Below, one piece after another: positions 26,997 to 36,834 of a stretch of 64,000 nt of DNA (the stretch's first letter is position 1; each line of letters begins with the position of its first letter). Where the stretch lies: positions 402 to 64,401 of IMG/VR virus record IMGVR_UViG_3300033483_000001; one strand, written 5' to 3'. The notes under the pieces were generated by a model, which worked only from the letters and a program-made list of their open reading frames with translations, was not told the DNA's origin and did not search any database. The position numbers were made by a program, and so were the translations under genes. Source of the DNA: a virus. Its lineage: Duplodnaviria > Caudoviricetes.

Positions 26997-29159
26997 TTAT
27001 GCCTTCGCCTTCTTTGCGTCCCTGGAAGCGTACCGATGCGCCTGCGCAACCGAAGCCAAGTGGTGCGCCCGCTGCACGTTGCCTAGCTCAAACTGCTTGC
27101 GGGCAGCGCCCATCAACACCTTGTGCGCGTCTCGGTGGTCCGCCTCGTCGTAGTCCTTGCCAGCCTCTTCCACGTGCTTGAGTGCTGCGATCGGGAGGAA
27201 GTCCTTCTCTGGGTGTTGCCTGAACGCCTCGTTGGCGGCGAAGTTGTCATCGCGCGCTGGGGCCATCACTGGCTTTCCCTTGCGGGTAGTCCCAATCTGG
27301 CCGCCGCGCTCTCCAAACCTCCCGCCGCATTCGTCGCGAACGATGTCGGCGTCAGTAGCGGTGGCGCCTTCGCCTTCGTCGTCATCCTCGTCTTCTTCCT
27401 CTTCATCGCCCTCCATCTCGGGCGCCGCCGCTGGCTTCTTCCCGAATGGCGCCGCCACAACCTTCGGCGCAGGGCCGTCTGGCGTGCCCGCTTCGGCGTT
27501 TACCGACTCGGCCACCACTTCGCCGTGCTTCGCCTGGAATTCGACGATGGTCAGCTCCCCGTCGGCATCGTGCCACGGCCCCAGGCCCATCTTCGCGCGG
27601 GCCTCGTTGACGGTCACGATCGCCCCTTGCATGGTCGGGGTCAGGCCAAGGTTGCTGCCCGCGGGCTTCGCGCCTTCCGCAGTGGGAGGGGCGCCTCCGC
27701 CCTCGAGTTCTGCCCCTTCGGCATCCATCGGCGCCGACAACCCCTCGGCCAAGTTGACATCGTCCTCAGTCATGTTCGGGTAGGCTCCACTCGCACGCAG
27801 TTCTCGAGCAATAGCTCCCTCGGTAAGCACGCCGATCTGGAAGTACGTGTTATCGCGGGTGGAGTTCTTAACTCCGATGTCCGCTTTCTCGGCCTCGCTC
27901 ATCTGGCGGAGTGGGTTCCACGTGAATCGGTAGTCATCGGGCATGTAGCCGAGCGCCGAGCGAACCATCACCTGGTCAAGCTGGTATAGCTGCGGTGACA
28001 TGTCCGCAGTCTGCTTGGCCGCGACGTGGTCGTCGTAGTTCTGTTGGTCGTGCTCACCCGTGGCGTTCAACCCGCCAGGTGACACGCCGAATAGCCGCGT
28101 GAGCGGCACCTCTGCGGCGCCGGCCACATCCTGGGCGAATCGGTCGAGCAGGTCGCGTAGCCCGCTGAAAGACACCGGCTTGCGGTCGTAGTCTTCGCGG
28201 TCTTTGTCGATAACGATCATGCGATGGACGCTCTTCATCATCGACAGCAGTTGGTAGCGGGCGGCGATTACCGACCGCCCTTTGTCGTCGGCTAGGTTGT
28301 CAGTTAGATCGCCGGCCTTGAGGACGTCCACGCTGGCCTCTTGCACGAGGTGTCCGCACCCTGCGATGAGAGTGTCATAGTTCTTGATCGCAACCATGAG
28401 CGAGCGATAGACGCTGTCATGCCACATGGCATTCCGCATCCAGTCCGTCCACGGCAACTCCTCGCCGTCGAAACGCACACACCGCGTGTGGTGAATCCGC
28501 ATCGAGGTGTCGGCGAGGTAGTAGTATTCAGGCAGGCCGAAGTTTGGATCGCCCAGCTGCTGGTTCAGGTAGGGCACGAGTAGGTGCGGGTTGTTGCCCA
28601 CGAACTTGTCCGGGGGCGCGCCGTAGAGCCGCCAACGGTCGTACACCACGAGCGATTGCAGGTCACCCTTCTTCACGCGATCGACGTTGATCGGCTCGGC
28701 GAGGTCGTCTTGCCCTTTGACAATCATCACGACGATAGCGCCGCCGTAGTGGCGTGCCCACTTCAGCGCGCTGTGGACGCGCTTTGGGAGGGCGACTCGA
28801 AGCTCTTCCCGCTGGATGTCGAAGATTCCGTCATCGTCGCTGCTGCCGTCCCACATGACCGTGCGCCACTTGCGGCACATGTCGTCTGCGATCGAAGTGA
28901 CCACCCTGCGAGCAAGCCACGACGATCGGAAGATGGCGTCGCACGTGGTGCGGTCGACGCCAGTCTCCTGGAGATACTGAGTGTGATAGCTGTGGTCAGC
29001 AGTCGTCCCCATACCAGAGATGAGGTTCTGGATCCCGTCCACCGCGAACACGCCAGGTCGCCCTCTTGGGTCGGTCGGAGTGACGGTCGGGATGCTGTCG
29101 TTGACGACTGGAGATCCGGCGGGCCGCCGCGAGAAGAGTCGAGAGAAGATGTTTGGCAT
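26997..29159 (-). CDS. portal protein (DUF1073-like) with C-terminal extension
   Basis: SSWLARRVVTSIADDMCRKW, IHHTRCVRFDG, AEVPLTRLFGVSPGGLNATGEHD and FTWNPL motifs; follows terminase. Confidence 0.9.
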   Translation of the reverse strand: MPNIFSRLFSRRPAGSPVVNDSIPTVTPTDPRGRPGVFAVDGIQNLISGMGTTADHSYHTQYLQETGVDRTTCDAIFRSSWLARRVVTSIADDMCRKWRTVMWDGSSDDDGIFDIQREELRVALPKRVHSALKWARHYGGAIVVMIVKGQDDLAEPINVDRVKKGDLQSLVVYDRWRLYGAPPDKFVGNNPHLLVPYLNQQLGDPNFGLPEYYYLADTSMRIHHTRCVRFDGEELPWTDWMRNAMWHDSVYRSLMVAIKNYDTLIAGCGHLVQEASVDVLKAGDLTDNLADDKGRSVIAARYQLLSMMKSVHRMIVIDKDREDYDRKPVSFSGLRDLLDRFAQDVAGAAEVPLTRLFGVSPGGLNATGEHDQQNYDDHVAAKQTADMSPQLYQLDQVMVRSALGYMPDDYRFTWNPLRQMSEAEKADIGVKNSTRDNTYFQIGVLTEGAIARELRASGAYPNMTEDDVNLAEGLSAPMDAEGAELEGGGAPPTAEGAKPAGSNLGLTPTMQGAIVTVNEARAKMGLGPWHDADGELTIVEFQAKHGEVVAESVNAEAGTPDGPAPKVVAAPFGKKPAAAPEMEGDEEEEDEDDDEGEGATATDADIVRDECGGRFGERGGQIGTTRKGKPVMAPARDDNFAANEAFRQHPEKDFLPIAALKHVEEAGKDYDEADHRDAHKVLMGAARKQFELGNVQRAHHLASVAQAHRYASRDAKKAKA

Positions 29160-29170
29160 GGTGGTCCTTC

Positions 29171-30541
29171 CTAGAACACTGAGAAAATCGACCGCGCCTT
29201 GTCCGCGCTATTCCAACAGCCTGACAGGCAGTCGACCTGGTCGTCGTGTGAATCGTTCACTCCAGAGAAAGCCTGCACTTCGAGTAGAAACTGATGAACC
29301 CATGGCGCGCTTCTTGGCACGGTAACACGCCCGTCGTTCCATGCCGCCGCCACCGACTGAGCCCGCTGGAACTTGTCACCCTTGGGCTGGTCTTCGCGCA
29401 AGCGGAGTTGTTTCCCGCCGATTTCGCGCATCAGCTGCGGAACGGCCTTGAACCCTCCCACCGACTCGACGAACGCATAGGCCCCGTTGTGCTTGGCCTG
29501 AAATGCGACGAGCTTGCGCACGAATTCAGGAACCGTGACTTGTCCCCGCCACAGGTCCAGCACCTTGGCAGTGCGTTGCTCTTTTCGCCCCCTAACCGCC
29601 ATGCACATCATGACGCCATAGTCAGCTGTGGTTTTCTCGCTGGCCGCTGGGTCGGCGTAGATGACGAGCTGATGGCCGTCGATGCTGTCGTTGTCGTGGT
29701 ATGTCTCTGGCCCAAACAGGGAATGCCCGCGCGGACGAGGCTGGCCCTGGTAGAGTGCTGCAAATGACCACTCGCCGATCTGTGAGCGAATTGCGTGAAG
29801 CGACTCGGGCGGGAAGACTGCAGGCCAGAGAGCCTCGCCTGGCGCGCGATCCAACTGGTCGCCATCCTCCGCGAGCGCGGCGAGGTTGATGTGGTCCCAG
29901 CCCTGCTTGACCAGCCCAGCGATCAAGTCGTCTTGGTGCCACCGCGTGTGGCAGACGACGACGGACGCTCCTTCAAGCCTGGTCATGACAACTTCATTGA
30001 AATTCTCCCAGATCTTAGTGCGCACCACCTGCGAGTCGGCCTCCTCGCGATTCTTGTAGGGGTCATCAACCACCACGAGCCCCTGAAACCCGCGCCCAGT
30101 GAGTCCTGCGCCTGCGCCAGCCGCCACGACCCCGCCGCCTGCGCTCGTGGTCCACTCTCCAGCCGCTTCACTGTTGCCACCCAGCTGCACCCCTGCGAGG
30201 TTCGCGATGTTCCGACATAGCCGCGACTTGGACAGTGCGATCGTGTCGTTGTAGCTAATATAGGCGTTCATGTCAGCCGGCCAGTTCTGCACCCACCACG
30301 CAAGCGCATGCAGAAGGGTTACAGTTTTGGCGTGTCGCGGCGGCATGTGGACGCACAGACGAAGCGGCTCGAATCGAGCTCGCTCCAGCTCTGCCATGAG
30401 AGGCCAAATGTGCCGAGGGGGCGGGTGATGAGGCGACACCCGGCAGATAAAGTCAGCGAGACGTTCGCTTCCGCCAAGGGCTGCCAGGCTCGAAGCGATG
30501 GCCTCTAGTTGGTCCCTACTCAGACTTGCCAGGTCCACCAT
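29171..30541 (-). CDS. terL: terminase large subunit
   Basis: MPPRHAKT Walker A, VVVDDPYK Walker B and HDDQVD nuclease motif. Confidence 0.95.
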   Translation of the reverse strand: MVDLASLSRDQLEAIASSLAALGGSERLADFICRVSPHHPPPRHIWPLMAELERARFEPLRLCVHMPPRHAKTVTLLHALAWWVQNWPADMNAYISYNDTIALSKSRLCRNIANLAGVQLGGNSEAAGEWTTSAGGGVVAAGAGAGLTGRGFQGLVVVDDPYKNREEADSQVVRTKIWENFNEVVMTRLEGASVVVCHTRWHQDDLIAGLVKQGWDHINLAALAEDGDQLDRAPGEALWPAVFPPESLHAIRSQIGEWSFAALYQGQPRPRGHSLFGPETYHDNDSIDGHQLVIYADPAASEKTTADYGVMMCMAVRGRKEQRTAKVLDLWRGQVTVPEFVRKLVAFQAKHNGAYAFVESVGGFKAVPQLMREIGGKQLRLREDQPKGDKFQRAQSVAAAWNDGRVTVPRSAPWVHQFLLEVQAFSGVNDSHDDQVDCLSGCWNSADKARSIFSVF

Positions 30542-31013
30542 CGGCGTCGACCTGTGATTGCTCGGCCACCTTCTCGGCAGCGGCGGCGACTTCGGAAGCC
30601 TTCACGCCAAGTGCGAGCATGATCAACTCGCGCAACTCTGCCGTGGTCCTGGAAGTTGCAGCGGAGCCGAGACTGCCGTCTGGGCTGGACACGTCTACCG
30701 CCACCTTCGGCTTGCCAGCCGAATGCTCGATCAATAGCTTGCGATCGGGGGCACCCTTGAGGCCAGGCAGCATCGCCGTCTTGTAGGCAGCCAAGATCAC
30801 ATCGTCGAGCCGGTTCGTTTTCGCCCCCGGCTCATACTCGCTCATGATCTTCGCGATTCTCGCCTGAGCCGCCATCCAGCGATTCGAGCCGCTTGGATTC
30901 CCGCTCTGCCCAGGCTTCAGCGGCCTCAGGTTAGCGTTTCTTCGCGCCGCTGCGTCAGCACTGGCTGGCAATGGGTTGGGTGTTTCGTCTGTCACAGCAT
31001 CATCATGCCCCAT
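30516..31013 (-). CDS. terS: terminase small subunit (DUF5681-like)
   Basis: LRPLKPGQSGNPSG motif; overlaps terL start. Confidence 0.75.
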   Translation of the reverse strand: MGHDDAVTDETPNPLPASADAAARRNANLRPLKPGQSGNPSGSNRWMAAQARIAKIMSEYEPGAKTNRLDDVILAAYKTAMLPGLKGAPDRKLLIEHSAGKPKVAVDVSSPDGSLGSAATSRTTAELRELIMLALGVKASEVAAAAEKVAEQSQVDADGGPGKSE

Positions 31014-31380
31014 GCCTGGCCCGAGTCGTAGTCACTGAGGCCAGCACGCGAAAGAAATTGGCTAGCGATTGAAGAGTAGTGTTGACGGTTGAGGTTTTGG
31101 CAAGATGAGGACTCCGCTTCCCCTTATCTCTTGAGAGAGAATCAGGAGGCCTGCCTTCTTCTGCGGTGCTGTCTTGGACGTGGTGGAGTTTGGTGGCTAC
31201 TTCGCTGTCCACATGGCCGAGTCCGCGGGGCCGACGCCCCTTCGCATGTGGCCTTGCCCTACCTCACGGCGCCGCGTTTTACCGCGCGTCCGGGTACCTG
31301 CCAGCGCGTCCCTTGACTGCCTGTGAGCGTACCTCCCGCGGTCTTGTCCCGACGGATGGTTGCTCTTGAAGTTCATGCAG

Positions 31381-31612
31381 TCAACCTAGAACGAAGCGGA
31401 TACGAAGGCAAGCGCTAGCCGTTCCCCTTCCCGTGGTTAGGGTGCATTCTGCTGTAGTACTCGCATACGGTAGTATTCTCCGGGTCAACCTCGCCGCTAC
31501 GCTGGGTCGCCGGGATGAAGTTTGGCAGCGTCGGGAGGACGCAGATCCCTTTCGTGACCCCTGCCGTATACAACGATCGCTCGCAGTTCCCACACTTGTC
31601 ACCTTGTGCCAT
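31381..31612 (-). CDS. small Cys-rich hypothetical protein
   Basis: CGNCER...GICVL...TVCEYY; AAAGG RBS. Confidence 0.45.
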
Positions 31613-31920
31613 TTTCGGTCCAACCTTTCACCCGCTCTAAACCACTTGGCGGTTCCCGGATACTACCACGACAGAAAAGTCAAGTCTCTACTGGTGTCAT
31701 TCACCTTGTCTAGGAATTAGCACGCACGATCGATTGTGGTCACTTTCCGTCTTCTCCTTTGCGCAGGCCCCAGAGGTTCACCGGCCTGCCTCGCCAGTCG
31801 CGCGCCCATCGGTTACCGGGGCCGTCCTTCGGGAGAGGCGGGCGAGCTGACGCTAGTACCGTCACGGGCGGATCGCCGAACCTGTCGGCAAGATCATCGA
31901 ATGTTGGCTGATCCGTCATG

Positions 31921-32295
31921 CTACTTCACCAGTCTTGGCCCTGCAGGGAACATGCGACTGACGCCCGTCCTGTGCTGGAATTCGTGCCAGTGGATTTCGC
32001 ACGCGTGCTTGTCCTCGCCGATCTCGTGCGCGCAGACCTCGCACATCGGAAGGTCGCACGTCTTCCCGTCGCCAACAGGCCAATCGCAGAGGTAGTCAGC
32101 GACGTAGCCGCAGGAGCAAATCGGCTCAAGTGGAGCCGTCCCGCACGTCATCACCGACTCCGATGAGCGCTCAGCAATCCGATTGTCGAGATCCCTGAGT
32201 TCCGATGGCGTCATGTCGTCGCGGATTTTGAGCCCCGCCGCTTTCATGGTCTCGATGAACGATTTGGGGCGAAACTTCAGCGACTGGCAAGGCAT
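31921..32295 (-). CDS. Cys-rich hypothetical protein
   Basis: CSCGYVADYLCDWPVGDGKTCDLPMCEVCA motif common in phage proteins. Confidence 0.6.
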   Translation of the reverse strand: MPCQSLKFRPKSFIETMKAAGLKIRDDMTPSELRDLDNRIAERSSESVMTCGTAPLEPICSCGYVADYLCDWPVGDGKTCDLPMCEVCAHEIGEDKHACEIHWHEFQHRTGVSRMFPAGPRLVK

Positions 32296-32302
32296 TTGGA
32301 GA

Positions 32303-32311
32303 ATCCTAGCA
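32303..32311 (-). promoter_or_regulatory. extended -10 promoter, predicted leaderless
   Basis: TGC-TAGGAT then 7 nt then ATG (32295). Confidence 0.5.
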
Positions 32312-32397
32312 CGTCCGAGGCCTCCGCGAGAACGTCAGTCGCCCAAGGTCGCACGCCATCGCGCGAAAGTCAAGGCCCAGACAGCCGAACGGCCCGC

Positions 32398-32427
32398 TTG
32401 ACATGTGCCAAGGGGCCGCTCTAGACT
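32398..32427 (+). promoter_or_regulatory. sigma70-type promoter
   Basis: TTGACA-18-TAGACT, in-frame ATG 8 nt downstream (32436). Confidence 0.55.
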
Positions 32428-32435
32428 TCAGGTTG

Positions 32436-33215
32436 ATGGGACCTGTGAAAGTACGACTACCACGTATTCCAGCTTGGAGCAACTACTCAACTGGCAACGT
32501 TGCTGCAGAGATTCGAGCCATGCGCAGAGAGAGGGAAGGCCTGCCTCCTCTCCCCCCTCGTTGTGAAAGAGTCCAGCATCCCCACAAGGGGAACTCCAAG
32601 GCCAGAAAGAAGGCTCGGCGGGAAGCGGAGATGAAGGCATCGCGCATCCGCGTTGAGCGCATGCAAGCAGAGGTCGCCTCCATGGATTCGGCGATTCTAG
32701 GCACAGTGTTCTCCGAACGGATCGGGCGCGAATATGAGCCATGGGCTGGCCCTCCATCTCTGAGGCCTATCGGAGACATCGATCTGTCCACGTCCTACCC
32801 AAAGTCTCGCGAGAAGTGCGCAGGCGAAGCATACATCTATGGCATTTCGGATCCGCGAGATCATGTCATACGCTACGTGGGAAAGACGCAAAACACTCTT
32901 GCGCAACGGCTGTGGGAGCATGAGTTCTCTCCATCCAACGCGCGCGTTGGTGCTTGGCTGCGACAGATGCGAGCTGACGGGGTGACGCCGGAGATCACAG
33001 TGCTTGAGATCTGCCTGAAATACAGGTGGAAACTCTGCGAGGAGTTCTGGATCGCGGCGTTGTCGTCGAAAGAGAACCTGCTCAACATTTCGATCGGCGG
33101 TAGGTTCGACGATCCAAGGAACCGCAAGGGGAAGGCCTGGAAACGCGCAAAGGCGAGGTTCGACGAAGCGAAGGCGCACGGGCAGATCCGATTCCCCCGA
33201 ACGCCCACCGTCTGA
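32436..33215 (+). CDS. GIY-YIG nuclease-domain protein
   Basis: AYIYGISDPRDHVIRYVGKT...RLWEH...E...LLN motifs; basic N-terminal extension. Confidence 0.75.
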   Translation: MGPVKVRLPRIPAWSNYSTGNVAAEIRAMRREREGLPPLPPRCERVQHPHKGNSKARKKARREAEMKASRIRVERMQAEVASMDSAILGTVFSERIGREYEPWAGPPSLRPIGDIDLSTSYPKSREKCAGEAYIYGISDPRDHVIRYVGKTQNTLAQRLWEHEFSPSNARVGAWLRQMRADGVTPEITVLEICLKYRWKLCEEFWIAALSSKENLLNISIGGRFDDPRNRKGKAWKRAKARFDEAKAHGQIRFPRTPTV

Positions 33216-33277
33216 CGCGGCAACTCCTAACCATCACTAAAGACTTCGCGCGTCTACGGAAAGTTGGCGAATCTTCC

Positions 33278-33306
33278 TTGACGGGAGCCAGCCCAGCGGT
33301 TAGTAT
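33278..33306 (+). promoter_or_regulatory. sigma70-type early promoter, predicted leaderless
   Basis: TTGACG-17-TAGTAT, 6 nt, ATG at 33313 with no RBS. Confidence 0.7.
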
Positions 33307-33312
33307 ATGATC

Positions 33313-34057
33313 ATGACGACGACGACAAAGACTCTCACGGAACAGCTGGCCGCACAACGTGCGAAGATTGACGCTGCCGATGCCGCGGGCCGCAGCGCAT
33401 CCACGATGAATCGGCTTTGGGCGTTGTACTTCAAAATCGAGGACGGGCTCAAGGCGGTGTCTCGGGGAGGTTTCTAGATGGCGACATACAGCGTGACGAT
33501 TGTCAATTCAACCCTTAAGCGAGTAGAGGTGCTGCGCACCGAATCGAAGGCGCAGGCTGACGATGAAGCGTCGCGCTGGCGAGGAGATTATGAGCCGCGG
33601 ATAGCAGAAATTCAGGAGGTACAGTTTCGCAAAAGTTACCGAGCCAGGCGCGACGAGATCAAGCGATCCAGGCGCTTCAGGTAGGCGCAATCATGACGAA
33701 GAAGACTTACAGCGTGGTGCGAAACTTCGAACGGGACACGATCCAAGTCAGCGACGGCGGTTGCTGCTTGCAGGAATGGCCGGCATGTTACGCATACGCG
33801 ATGCGCGAAGCAAAGGCGGTGTGCAGCAAATACAATCTTCTTGAGAGCGAGGCTGACTGATGCGCACTCGTCTTTTCAAGACGCTTTTCCGAATCGCCAG
33901 TCGCGCCTACCAGATGCACCAATGTGTGTGTGGGCGCTGGATTGTCGGACACCAAGTGTGCCTATGCTGCGACACTGCATACGTTGACGCAAAGGCTCGG
34001 CGCAGGGCGCTGAAAGAAAAGTGCGGTACCACAAAAAAATCTCTTGACGGCTGCTAA
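33313..34057 (+). CDS. cluster of four small early genes
   Basis: coupled ORFs 33313-33477, 33478-33684, 33693-33860, 33860-34057. Confidence 0.6.
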
Positions 34058-34072
34058 GCGCTAAGCTAGTCT
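34044..34072 (+). promoter_or_regulatory. sigma70-type early promoter, predicted leaderless
   Basis: A-tract, TTGACG-17-TAGTCT, 6 nt, ATG at 34079. Confidence 0.7.
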
Positions 34073-34078
34073 AAGATC

Positions 34079-36216
34079 ATGACGACGACGAAATTGAACG
34101 AAAGGCAGACGCGGTACGTGACGCTCGCTCACACGAACCCGCCGGCGCGCAAGATGACGCGCAAAGAGCTGCACGATTTCGACCGCGATTTGGCTGCGCA
34201 GATTGCGGACGCCGCGCGCGCTCTCACAGACGACGAGCTGGCCGCGGCGATGGAGGCTCTGTAACCATGACGACGACAAAGATTCGCAGGGAATTCCGTA
34301 GCTACGAGGCCGCGGTGGATTGCGCCAATATGCTTCGTAATAGCAATCCTGGTAGCGAGTACAAAGTGCGCGCGGCGGCAGGATCATCGTGGGGATACAA
34401 GCGTATGGTGGTTCTGCAGAAGATCGACGGGGTTTGGGAATCTTTTTTCTAGCCCTCCCGCGCCTCGTGCGCGGCCTGCCGGACCCGAGACGGCAGACCG
34501 GACGCGAGACAGGAGGAGACGACATGACGAACGACGAACTGAGGGATTCAGCGACCGCGCGAGCTGAGGCGCTAGCAAACGAAATCAGAGAGAAAGCTGT
34601 CGCTGCTGGCTGCGACGCGAGCGTGTTCGTGCGCGGATACGCCCACTCTGTTGGAAGCGGTTGGGCTGGGCGGAGATACGACGGTCACATAGAAATACAA
34701 TTCGAAGCGCTTTACGGTGGTAGCACGCGACGTCGTTCGCTTAACGACTGCAAGCGACCAATAGACGTCGTCAAAATCGTCGCGCTGCTGGTCGAGCACG
34801 CAACGCACATACGTCGCCAAAATGAGCAGCTCAAAGCTGAGATGAAAGACACCGCGGCCAACGAGCTCGTCGCCAGCGAGATGCGCGAACTCGCGCCCAC
34901 CCTGCAGATCAGAGCGCATGCTGCAGGGATCGACATCGCGGCTAGGTCGCTGTCGCCTGAGCGAGCACGTGCGATAGTGGCGGCGCTGAAAGGACTCGCA
35001 TGACAGCAGATTACACACCAGCGCGGACGCTGCGCTACCAGCAGACCGACGACGACATAGCGGCGCAGGCTGCGCTAGAAGCGCTAGCGTCTCTACCAGA
35101 GGAAGAGGCGCGCAAGCGAATCGCCGAGGCCTTCGAGCGCGAGCACGAGGGCGAGGAATGACTCTTCGTCGACGCGCCACCTGGCGCACGAGGATTCAGC
35201 TGCTGCACCTACGCATGCCGTCCGAGCACGCAGCGATTCTGCGCGCCGCCGGGCCGGTGCGCGTAGCCGCGCGGATGGCCGCGCTCATGGCGTCGGGGAG
35301 ACTTGCCGCGAGCGCGGTGGTGCGCTCGGGAGCGGATTTGCTACACGTTGCGAAAGGAGAATGATGCGAAAAGCGAAGACGAAAGACACGGACCTCAAAG
35401 AGGCGGCAGCCGCCCTAGGATCCCGCGGCGGGAAGGCCTCGGCCGCGCGGCTCACGCCGGAACAGCGCAAGTCGCGGGCTAGCGACGCCGGCCGGGCCAG
35501 GTGGGCAAGACTCAAGCCGGCGTACATATCTGCTGACGAGGTGGACTAATGGCGTCGATCACAGTCGACGATGCGATCGCGTGGCTCCAATCTCGCGGCA
35601 AGGTGCTCGGGACAGACTTTTCGAGCGCGAATGCTATCGCGGTAGCGAACTACGTGTCTGCCGACGAGGAGATCGAGCGCGTGCGCCCTGGCGATGGAGA
35701 ATGGATGGAATTTGAAGGTGATGACACTTGCGAGGACTGCCGTGGGTGGGACGGTGTCGACCGTCGCTGCGATTGCGGGAACCGTCGGGTCTCGTGGGTT
35801 ACCGGTGACTTCCATAGCTTCAAGAGCCCAGTCGTCTTTGCGGAGGCGTTTTGACGGCCACGCTCACGCACCTGGAGGCGGTGCATACGTACGACCTGGA
35901 GGAGACTGCTACCGGATACGACTCCTATCGCGACATGGTCAAGCAGCAGTGGACAGGCCGCGAGTCCTGGCGACACGGCGACTGGATGCGCACCGAGGAC
36001 GCGCTGGCCGCTGCCGAGCGCGACGTCGAGTCGGCGACGGCAGAGCTGCGCGAGGCCCTCAGAGTCGAGGCGTCGGCCAGGCAGACGGCAGAGGACCGCG
36101 CCTACAAGCTGGATCTTGAAGCGGTTGCGCTGTCGATACGCATCGAGCAGTTGTGCGAGCGCATCGACTCAATGTCGGGACTGCTACTAGCGCACGGGAT
36201 AGCCGACTTACGCTAG
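34079..36216 (+). CDS. cluster of small early genes
   Basis: ORFs 34079-34264, 34267-34452, 34524-35003, 35000-35161, 35158-35364, 35361-35549, 35549-35854, 35851-36216, mostly with overlapping stop/start. Confidence 0.6.
34458..34508 (+). repeat. early intergenic double-hairpin element, copy 1 (divergent)
   Basis: CCGCGC-CTCGT-GCGCGG, CTGCCG/CGGCAG stem, then ACCGGACGCG. Confidence 0.65.
35361..35549 (+). CDS. small basic KGG-motif protein
   Basis: AAALGSRGGKASAARLTPEQRKSRASDAGRARW. Confidence 0.6.
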   Translation: MMRKAKTKDTDLKEAAAALGSRGGKASAARLTPEQRKSRASDAGRARWARLKPAYISADEVD

Positions 36217-36410
36217 TAGCAATCCGGTGCGTCCGTGAACAGCTCGGCCTCCGCCTCGGCGATCCGCAGACGCTGCGCCTGGCGCTCACAGGCCGCACGG
36301 GAGGCACGATTGCGAGTCACCACCACCGCTGGCTCGTGGTCGCAGAGGTCGCACGACTCGCAGCACGCTGGCGCGTTCCACGCGGCGACGGTTTGTGACG
36401 CGGTTGCCAT
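36213..36410 (-). CDS. small Cys-containing hypothetical protein, opposite strand
   Basis: CCESCDLCDHEP; only minus-strand ORF in the early array, with promoter-like sequence upstream. Confidence 0.45.
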   Translation of the reverse strand: MATASQTVAAWNAPACCESCDLCDHEPAVVVTRNRASRAACERQAQRLRIAEAEAELFTDAPDCY

Positions 36411-36417
36411 AACCTAT

Positions 36418-36434
36418 GTGACAAATATTGTCAC
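36418..36434. promoter_or_regulatory. operator-like palindrome
   Basis: GTGACAA-ATA-TTGTCAC (7-3-7) in an AT-rich gap; half-site GTGACAA repeated near 36487. Confidence 0.55.
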
Positions 36435-36834
36435 GTCAGTGCGCGCAAGTCAAGCCTGCCGAAAAACGTCGCAAGCGCGTTTCGAGGTGACAATTCTTGC
36501 GGCCAACGATTTCAACATGTTACGCGTTTCGACGCAAGGCGTGGCGACGAAACGCGTCCGCATGCGAATCTGTGCCAAATCGGAACCTAACAATTTCGCA
36601 TGTTTGCGACTGCGCGACGGCAGCTCGAAGATTGGCCCACGGGTTGCTTTACCAATCTCCGTGAGACGGGGACGGGAATGGGAGGGCGAGGCGGCCGACG
36701 GGAGCTTCGCGCGGCGGGTGGGCAGTGGGATAGGGGGGCGCTGGCGAGCCAAGAACTGGCGTCACGCGTACTGGCCCGAGTCGGATAACCCAGGCACCGG
36801 CGACGACGACGAAACCAAAGACGAAAGGGACACC

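Noticed and set aside
31020-33310. tRNA or attP/integration module at the arm junction
   Set aside because: No cloverleaf with T-loop consensus and no recombinase motifs found by eye; tRNAscan/ARAGORN not run.
36235-36834. Upstream 200 aa of the 375 aa ORF
   Set aside because: Spans a promoter/operator-like gap; a good RBS and ATG at 36835 define the gene.
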